Source of the DNA: an uncultured Verrucomicrobiae bacterium
GTDB taxonomy: Bacteria; Verrucomicrobiota; Verrucomicrobiia; Chthoniobacterales; JAATET01
NCBI GenBank assembly: GCA_963719495.1
Contig: CAVRCI010000003.1
Location: 1 to 64,000 of the forward strand
Length of the DNA: 64,000 bases
Direction of reading: 5' to 3'
This document shows, one piece after another, positions 57,524 through 64,000 of the stretch (position 1 is the first letter of the stretch; the number at the start of each line of letters is the position of its first letter). Made by a program: the position numbers and the translations under genes. Under the pieces are notes generated by a model. That model was not told the DNA's origin. It saw only the letters and a list, made by a program, of their open reading frames with translations, and did not search any database.

Positions 57524-59614
57524 GAATAGCCTGCCCCCACTGGAACGCGGATACTCGCCCTTCGGCACGACGGCTTCGTAGGAGATCCAAGCCCCCGCCG
57601 GCATCGGGACCAACGGCGGAAAGACCACGAGATTGCGCCCCCGCGCTTTCTTCCCCTCGTAATAGGCGGTGTCGTATTGCACTTCCAGCCGTGTGAATTG
57701 ACCTTCGACCCGGATCTGGAACGCCACCCGGAGGTTTTCGTCCACCGTCGCGGCCGCTTCCCGCCGACCGTCGGCGGCAAAAAACGCAAACCCAACCCCC
57801 TGCCCGAAGGAAGTGACCCCGTCGCGCGGTCGGCGAAAGACACTGTGCCGCGCCGGATCGTGCCAGCTCTGCACGAACGTGGCCCCAAGGCCGGGATCGC
57901 CCGCGGTGGCGGGGATCACCTGAAAGAGGTCGAACGGAACGGGCGCGACCCCCCACGAGGCCGAAAGGCCGGGCAGACCGTCGCGCCGCCCCGGATCGAA
58001 CAAGCCCTCCGGTGGGTTCTCCGGATCCCAGGACGGCATGAGCCCAAAAGCCACGTCGGGACGGTTCGGGAAACCCGAACTGTTCTGACTGCTCCCACCC
58101 TGCTGCGTGAAGTAGCGCGAGGCATCCGCCGTCCCGCCCGCCGCCTTGTTCGCCGTGGGCACGGCGCAGAAGCTCACGTCGAGCGGCAGGGCCAGCTTCG
58201 ACACCGGTTCGGCGGCGGTGCTCCGCACCGGGGTGGGCGCGCCAAACTCGACGGCCCCTTTCGCCGTTCCGAGCGCGTAGAAGATCCGCCCGTCCGGGCT
58301 CGACCAGATGAGATCCACGATCCCGTCGGCGTTCCAATCGCAGGGCTGCGGCGCGCAGTAGGCGAGAAAAGCCGAGTCCTTCGTTCCCTCGAACGTGATC
58401 ACCTTCGAGTCGGTCATCGGCGTTTCGCCACTGGTCCAGCGCCCCTCCGCATTCGGGAAAACGGTGAGCAATCCCTCGCTGTCGTTCACGAACAGGTCGA
58501 AGTGCCCGTCGCCGTCCCAATCTGCCGCAAACGGAGCGAGAAACGTGCGCTCGCCACCCACCATGAGCAACTGCTCGCGGGGTTGACCGGTCGAACGGGA
58601 GGGGAACGTAAACAGCCGGATGGCGTTCACCGAATAGGTGCCTTCACCAACGAGAATGTCCCGGAGGCCGTCGCGGTTCCAGTCCACGACGAACGGCGTC
58701 GCGTAGTTCATGAACGCCACCGGCTCGTTCGTCGTCTTTCGGGTGACCAGGCTGTGCTGCGGCACGAGCTTGAGCACGATCCGATCATTGCTCTTCGAGT
58801 AGGTGCGGAAATCCGGCGCGCCGGGACGCCCGCCATTCAGCGCCAGATAAAGATTTCCCTGCGCGTCGCCCGCGACGAAATCCGCCATCCCATCCCCGTT
58901 CCAATCGCACGGCGCGGCCACGGCGCGCAGTTGCCGGTAGCCGTTGAGAACCGCCACCGTTGCCCCCGCCTCGCCGTCGGCCGCAACTTCCTCCCACGGA
59001 TACGGCAGCCCGGCTTCGGCCTCCTCCTCGATTTCGTCGTCGGCGCGCTGCTGGGCCGATGATCGTGATTTGTTCTCGCGTTTCAGCCGCTCGAGCGCGT
59101 CCTCGCGCTGCTTATCGATCCGTTCCTTCTGCCGCTCCTCGTTCCGCGTGAGCTGCTTTTTTTCCGTTCCCTCCAGTGTGATCGCGCGGAAGGTCGAGCG
59201 CTCGTTGTCGAGGAGGAGCGGCATCACCTCGCCGACGCCAAAGGCGGGCGAGCCGGGCGAGCCAACGTTTTTCCAAAACCAGAAAAACCCCGCGCCATCC
59301 GGCGACACCAGGTCCGGAAGGTTGTCGCCATCGAGATCGACGAGCGAAGCCGAGTGTCCCATCGGCGCGTAGGCAAACTGATTGCTCTTGTCGACGTGCA
59401 TGTTCACGCCCTCCACCGCCACCGATTTCCGCAACCAGCCGTACGCATCCACCCCCAACCACGGATACACCGCCTCGACCGTGCGCTCGAACCGTCCGTT
59501 CGCGAGGAAGTTCTCCCCGCTCATCCCGTCCATACTGCCGTTCCCCTGCGCCCAGGTGCCCCCCGCCGCCAACGCCAACGCAATGAGGCCGAAAATACCC
59601 CCGCGGACGCTCAC
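57446..59614 (-). CDS. Secreted FG-GAP/VCBS repeat protein
   Basis: GTG start overlaps the PIN stop; signal peptide; DLDGDNLPDL, DWNGDGMADF, DWNRDGLRDI, DWDGDGHFDL, DWNADGIVDL. Confidence 0.88.
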   Translation of the reverse strand: MSVRGGIFGLIALALAAGGTWAQGNGSMDGMSGENFLANGRFERTVEAVYPWLGVDAYGWLRKSVAVEGVNMHVDKSNQFAYAPMGHSASLVDLDGDNLPDLVSPDGAGFFWFWKNVGSPGSPAFGVGEVMPLLLDNERSTFRAITLEGTEKKQLTRNEERQKERIDKQREDALERLKRENKSRSSAQQRADDEIEEEAEAGLPYPWEEVAADGEAGATVAVLNGYRQLRAVAAPCDWNGDGMADFVAGDAQGNLYLALNGGRPGAPDFRTYSKSNDRIVLKLVPQHSLVTRKTTNEPVAFMNYATPFVVDWNRDGLRDILVGEGTYSVNAIRLFTFPSRSTGQPREQLLMVGGERTFLAPFAADWDGDGHFDLFVNDSEGLLTVFPNAEGRWTSGETPMTDSKVITFEGTKDSAFLAYCAPQPCDWNADGIVDLIWSSPDGRIFYALGTAKGAVEFGAPTPVRSTAAEPVSKLALPLDVSFCAVPTANKAAGGTADASRYFTQQGGSSQNSSGFPNRPDVAFGLMPSWDPENPPEGLFDPGRRDGLPGLSASWGVAPVPFDLFQVIPATAGDPGLGATFVQSWHDPARHSVFRRPRDGVTSFGQGVGFAFFAADGRREAAATVDENLRVAFQIRVEGQFTRLEVQYDTAYYEGKKARGRNLVVFPPLVPMPAGAWISYEAVVPKGEYPRSSGGRLFIRLLGRGVVGIRDVAISTTDLPPTK

Positions 59615-60054
59615 TCGAATCCCGCCACATCCAGGACGCGCAGCCCGACCTTCTCCGCGAGAATCCGTTGGCGGGCATCGAAGCTGATAAAAATCTCCGG
59701 TTCCAACTGCGCGGCACACGCGACGTGCAACACATCCAACGTCCGGCAACCCAGCTCCGGAGTGTGGGCGGAGAATTGCCGAAAGGACTCCATCAACGCC
59801 AAGCGGTCGATCTCTGGAAAATAGTAGAACCCTTGGTGTTTCCGGCGCTGGAAGAGCGCGATCTGCCCGTCCGCGTCCGTGACGCTGATATCGTTCCAAA
59901 AGACCTTGAGTCGCAACGCGTTGATCAACTCCGCTTCCTGTAATTCCCAGACCGGCAGCGGATCGTCCTGACCGACGACCAGCCGCTCCAACCCAACCGA
60001 ACCCGTCTCGAGCAGGTAAAGTTTGATCAGGGCGCTGGTGTCGAGATAGATCAC
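59611..60054 (-). CDS. vapC: PIN-domain toxin (VapC family)
   Basis: MIYLDTSALIKLY, E in WELQEAE, RTLDVLHVACA, FISFDARQ. Confidence 0.92.
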   Translation of the reverse strand: MIYLDTSALIKLYLLETGSVGLERLVVGQDDPLPVWELQEAELINALRLKVFWNDISVTDADGQIALFQRRKHQGFYYFPEIDRLALMESFRQFSAHTPELGCRTLDVLHVACAAQLEPEIFISFDARQRILAEKVGLRVLDVAGFE

Positions 60055-60284
60055 CAGCGGCCCTCGCGGTCGGCTCGCACGGTTTCAGCCCCGGATCGAC
60101 CCTTGCAGCGAAGAGCCGTTGCCAGGTGGTCCTCCCACTCGAGAATCTTTCGCGGCCCGGCGGGGACGAGTCTGACGGCGGGCTTGCCGCGATTGGAGAC
60201 TTCGAAGATCTCACCCTGCTTGACCCGCGCCTCGATAGTCGACCAATGCGCTTTCATCTCGCGAACCGAAATTGTCGTTATCAC
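60051..60284 (-). CDS. Phd/YefM-family antitoxin
   Basis: TISVREMKAHWS...VKQGE...VSNRGKPAVRLVP; 4-nt overlap with the PIN gene. Confidence 0.88.
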   Translation of the reverse strand: MITTISVREMKAHWSTIEARVKQGEIFEVSNRGKPAVRLVPAGPRKILEWEDHLATALRCKGRSGAETVRADREGRW

Positions 60285-60391
60285 TAAAAATGGATATCAT
60301 AGGTGTTACAAAACGTCAAACTTCGGGAGTTTGCTCCGCCCCCCTCCGCCCCCCTCCGCTCCACTGACCGGCCCGATAGCGAGCGATTGCC

Positions 60392-62341
60392 TCACAGCTT
60401 CCCCCCCTGCTGATTAAGGATCGTGGGCCAGCGGCCGAGCATGTAGACGAGGATGTTCGACGCCAGCGCGTAAGAGTTGCGGATGTTGCCGTCGTCGATG
60501 CCGCGGAAAAACTCATCCCGGTAATCCCACATGAGATTCACCCACCGCCCGCGCCCATCACTGCCGCCGATCTGGAAGGCATTGTTGACGAGCGTCATGT
60601 CGTAACGCAGGAAATTCCCGTAGGCGTTCTTCGTGAGCACCACCGACACGACCCCGGGCCGGATCTCGATCACCTCGATGGGCGACTGGTAATACTGCAT
60701 CCCGGGCGGCAGCTCCGCGAGGTCGAAGTAGGCGTCCTCGCCGCTCAGGAACGTCGTGTCACGCCCCCGCAACGGGTGAAAATCCTTGTCCACGTCGGGA
60801 ATCACGCGCCGCATCTCGCGGCGAAACGCGACGTTGAATTTCGACCCCTCGCCCGCGAAGCCCGAGTCGCCCCAGATCGCGCCGCCGCGCAACACGTATT
60901 GAAAGAGCGTGTCCACCTCCGTCTCCGTGAGCGTGAAATCGTCGTTCCCGGTGAAGTAGATGAACGGCGGCATCGGCTTCACGTCGAGCAGGTATTCGAC
61001 GAGAAAATCCGTGCTCTCCGGATTGCCCGGCTCGGGGTTCCAGATGTATCCGCGCATCGAATAAAAATCCCCGCCCGGCAGGTTCTCCCGCAGCTTCGTG
61101 CGCAGGGCCTCGCGCCCCTCCGCGTTCCACGTCATCGTCTTCGACGCCTTGTCGTAGGTGTAGGGCACCAGCTTCGGATCGAGCACCACGGCGGTCGGTT
61201 TACGCCGACCCTTGATCGCGTCGTTCGACGCCGCGCGCAGAAATTGCAGCATGTTCGACATCGCCCCCGGCGTGAATTCCCACAGCGCGCCGCGGGCATC
61301 GGTCGTCTTCCCATTCACGTCGCGATACCCCCAGCCGTAGCTGATGAACGGCCCCGTCGTCGGATCGAAGTCGGACTGCTGCTCGTAGAGTTTGTAATTC
61401 CCGTCCGAGCTGTCCGGCAGTCCGACGGCGGATTTTTCGATCTGCCGCCCATTGTCCGCCCGCCGCCAATCGAGCGCCGCGTACCAGTCGCCGGAGTGGA
61501 TGACGAAGTAGCAGGAAAATTCGTTGATCGTCTTGAGCGTTTTCCCGCGGCCCGAGATGCCGATACCGCCCTCGCCCGACCCGATCCATTCCCGCAGTCC
61601 CTTGCCCAGGCCCGATCCTTCGCCGAAGCCACTGGACACCCCGCCGCCCCCGCCGCCCACCACGCTCGAAGATGGAGCCGGCGGTCCGCCGCCCACGACC
61701 GGCGCCGCCACGCTGAACTGCAGCGGGCTCGCTTGCGCGGCCATCGTCGTGATCGCCGTGAACATCGCGTCCGTCTGCATCGCTCCCACCACCACCGACA
61801 CCTGGGGGTCGAACGTGGGCGCGCCCCCGCTCGCCGAACTGCCCGGCGGCGACGCCTCCACGGAAGGCTCCAAAAATCCGTCGTCCGTCGCCTCGAAGTC
61901 GGATTTCTCAGTCTGCAACGGTGCCAGCACGACCAGAAACAACGCCACGACCACACCCGTATGAAACAGGATCGATATGCCTATGGGGCGGGACGCCCGC
62001 AGGCGATCCACCCACCCGACGGGTGCCGCCGGCACCTCCGCGGCTCGCGCGATGAACCCACACTCGACCTCGCCGAAACTGATCCGGTCCCCCCGCCGCA
62101 ATCTCACCGGATCGACGACGCGATCCCCGTTCACCATTGTCCCATTCGTCGACCCCAGATCCTCCAGCACCACCGCGCCGTCCTCGCCCCGCGTGATCCG
62201 CGCGTGGCGCGACGAAACCGACGAATCGTCGAGCACGATGTCGTTGTCCGACGTGCGCCCGACCGTCGCCTCCCCGACTTTCAACGGGACATCCTGGGTC
62301 GGCGAATCTGGAAAATCGAAACTCAGGAAAAAATCAGCCAC
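60392..62341 (-). CDS. FHA domain + TM + linker + DUF4159-like protein
   Basis: FHA motifs VGR, SVSSRHA, DLGSTNGTMVNG; TM IGISILFHTGVV; C-terminal HSGDW, PFIYFTG, YVLRGGAIWGD, FRREMRRVIP, NILVY. Confidence 0.85.
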   Translation of the reverse strand: MADFFLSFDFPDSPTQDVPLKVGEATVGRTSDNDIVLDDSSVSSRHARITRGEDGAVVLEDLGSTNGTMVNGDRVVDPVRLRRGDRISFGEVECGFIARAAEVPAAPVGWVDRLRASRPIGISILFHTGVVVALFLVVLAPLQTEKSDFEATDDGFLEPSVEASPPGSSASGGAPTFDPQVSVVVGAMQTDAMFTAITTMAAQASPLQFSVAAPVVGGGPPAPSSSVVGGGGGGVSSGFGEGSGLGKGLREWIGSGEGGIGISGRGKTLKTINEFSCYFVIHSGDWYAALDWRRADNGRQIEKSAVGLPDSSDGNYKLYEQQSDFDPTTGPFISYGWGYRDVNGKTTDARGALWEFTPGAMSNMLQFLRAASNDAIKGRRKPTAVVLDPKLVPYTYDKASKTMTWNAEGREALRTKLRENLPGGDFYSMRGYIWNPEPGNPESTDFLVEYLLDVKPMPPFIYFTGNDDFTLTETEVDTLFQYVLRGGAIWGDSGFAGEGSKFNVAFRREMRRVIPDVDKDFHPLRGRDTTFLSGEDAYFDLAELPPGMQYYQSPIEVIEIRPGVVSVVLTKNAYGNFLRYDMTLVNNAFQIGGSDGRGRWVNLMWDYRDEFFRGIDDGNIRNSYALASNILVYMLGRWPTILNQQGGKL

Positions 62342-62391
62342 GCGCCACGCAGAATGCACCAGACGATCCCCCGATCAAACCAACGCCGAAA

Positions 62392-62403
62392 TGTACGCGT
62401 AGA
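62392..62403. promoter_or_regulatory. Palindromic operator-like site, copy 6
   Basis: TCTACGCGTACA on the minus strand, about 50 nt upstream of the FHA gene. Confidence 0.65.
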
Positions 62404-62565
62404 ACTCGCGACCTGTCACCCGGGTTCACCGCGTAGTAGCGGAGGTCACGACGCTTCACCCTCCGCCCAAGGGTCTCCTCACGTCGACCGCTACGGACCA
62501 CGGCAAAGAAAAGGGCGGACCCGCAACTTGCAGGTCCGCCCGGAAGAAGGGACGCGTTCGCCTGA

Positions 62566-63417
62566 TCAGCTCTCGCGCCGACGGCGGCGCTGGAGAGCGA
62601 TGATTCCCATCCCGCCAGCCACAAATAGTGCGACCGAGCCAGGCTCGGGAACCGCCACGATGTCACCGAAATCCTTGGTGAAGCGAACTTCGTCCCAAGT
62701 GTATCCTCCGCCGGTGTCACCGCCGTAGTAGGCCTCGTCAATCGCGTTTCCACTGCCGTCACGAGCAAACTTCGAATCCAAAATCGACCCATCCGCGGTG
62801 CCCAGGTTGGTCAGGTCGGGATTGAACCAAAACTCGATCTGCGTATCACTCGGACTTGCGCCCGTCCCCTTGGTCACCTTGGCGAGAAATCCAACGGTGC
62901 TGCCGACCGTGTAAGCCCCACCGGACACCTCCACCACCTGATTGCCGCCGGACGTCTGCCACGCCTTCGCATAAATATTCGTATCCGTGAAACCAAAGCC
63001 GAGGATGTTGACGACGCTACCACCCTCCAAACGCATCTCGGTGAACCCGCCCGCCGTGAGCGCAGTATCGATCCGGCCCAGCGTGAACATCCAGTAAACC
63101 TCTCCGTCGGGGTCGCTGGAGAAATCGTAGGACGTCGTCTGCGAGGCGGAGCGGGAACCGGCGGAAGCAAAATCATACACCAACGCACCGCCGCTCGGCG
63201 CGCTCAGGTCGGAATAGGTCAATCCGCTCGAGGGCTCATAGGAAATCGTTCCGGTGTTGTCCGACCAGCCGTCACCCGAGAGATCGTCCTGAAAGTCCAA
63301 CGGACTCGCGCCGTAGTCGAACGATTGATCGTAGATGGGCACCGCGAAGGCTGCGGACGAAACGACGGTCACCAAGCTGGCGGCGATGAGCAGTGGGGAG
63401 GCTTTGCGGGATTTCAT
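62566..63417 (-). CDS. PEP-CTERM sorting domain protein
   Basis: Signal peptide; WDEVRF...AVPEPGSVALFVAGGMGIIALQRRRRRES. Confidence 0.92.
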   Translation of the reverse strand: MKSRKASPLLIAASLVTVVSSAAFAVPIYDQSFDYGASPLDFQDDLSGDGWSDNTGTISYEPSSGLTYSDLSAPSGGALVYDFASAGSRSASQTTSYDFSSDPDGEVYWMFTLGRIDTALTAGGFTEMRLEGGSVVNILGFGFTDTNIYAKAWQTSGGNQVVEVSGGAYTVGSTVGFLAKVTKGTGASPSDTQIEFWFNPDLTNLGTADGSILDSKFARDGSGNAIDEAYYGGDTGGGYTWDEVRFTKDFGDIVAVPEPGSVALFVAGGMGIIALQRRRRRES

Positions 63418-63475
63418 TGCCGCAAATATTCGCCCGGAAAACCATCAAGGCAACTCCAACCAGGAAAACCTGGAG

Positions 63476-63487
63476 TTTACACGTAAA
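63476..63487. promoter_or_regulatory. Palindromic operator-like site, copy 7
   Basis: TTTACACGTAAA in the divergent promoter between the PEP-CTERM gene and the FAD oxidoreductase. Confidence 0.72.
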
Positions 63488-63519
63488 TATTCAGAGCCCT
63501 TGGTGGGGAGTCCCGGTCG

Positions 63520-64000
63520 ATGCACGGTGACCTCGTGCCTTCCACCGACTCCCTCCATTACCACCAGCCACCGTCCGAAAACCTTGCCCTCACGCTCGAC
63601 GTCGACCTCTGCATTTACGGCGGCAATTCCGGCGGCGTGATCGCCGCTCTCGCCGCCACCCGACGCGGCCTTCGCGTCGCGCTCCTCGAGCCGGGCCGAC
63701 ACCTGGGCGGACTCACGGCAGGCGGACTCACCTTCACCGACATCGGCAACAAACACGCCATCGGCGGACTCTCGCGCGAGTTCTACCGACGCGTCGGACG
63801 ACACTACGACCGCGAGGAATTCTGGACCTTCGAGCCGCACGTCGCCGAGACCGTTTTCCGCGACTGGCTCGCGGAGGCCGGGATCACCTGTCACTTCGGC
63901 AGCTTCCTCGACTCGGTCGAGATGGACGCCGACCGCATCCGGCGGATCACCACCGAGAATGGCATCATCGTCTCGGCCCGGATGTTCATCGACGCCAGCT
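63520..64000 (+). CDS. FAD-dependent oxidoreductase (FAD_oxidored-type), runs off the window; not in the ORF track
   Basis: DLCIYGGNSGGVIAALAATRRG...LLEPGRHLGGLTAGGLTFTDIG...IGGLSREFY...FEPHVAE...MFIDAS. Confidence 0.9.
   Translation, partial: MHGDLVPSTDSLHYHQPPSENLALTLDVDLCIYGGNSGGVIAALAATRRGLRVALLEPGRHLGGLTAGGLTFTDIGNKHAIGGLSREFYRRVGRHYDREEFWTFEPHVAETVFRDWLAEAGITCHFGSFLDSVEMDADRIRRITTENGIIVSARMFIDAS

Noticed and set aside
59615..60214. N-terminal extension of the 922-aa FG-GAP ORF
   Set aside because: It overlaps the TA genes in another frame; the signal peptide begins at GTG 59614.

Overview
GC-rich bacterial DNA, most likely Verrucomicrobiota. This is inferred from the L33, S18 and DksA sequence types, three PEP-CTERM proteins, a UvrB insertion and the REP families. 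The window has three blocks. (1) 1-12.2 kb is a RiPP cluster: a frameshift-ridden NHLP-type export operon (C39-ABC, HlyD, TolC), an NHLP-leader gene, a LytTR regulator, four Nif11-leader precursors and an intact ProcM-like (CCG) LanM. Paired LytTR-type boxes lie upstream of four of these genes. (2) 12.2-28.7 kb is mostly housekeeping: sulfatase, glgX, dksA-rpmG-rpsR, tRNA-Lys, peroxiredoxin, uvrB and oxidoreductases. (3) 28.8-64 kb is a large glycan-utilisation region with no SusC/TonB-dependent receptor in view. It holds a TPR-ExbB-ExbD-ExbD-vWA motor operon, a GH29 fucosidase, a fused binding-protein/permease ABC pair, two beta-helix enzymes, DUF2264 and DUF1961 proteins, PEP-CTERM proteins, and FHA-DUF4159 and FG-GAP proteins. 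Seven copies of a palindromic TTTACRCGTAAA-like site lie just upstream of genes across this region. Also present are two IS4-like MITEs with 11-bp target duplications, a VapBC-type pair inserted in an operon, a 4 x 213-bp amplification of a gene junction and several REP families. All family calls come from reading motifs by eye; no database searches were run.
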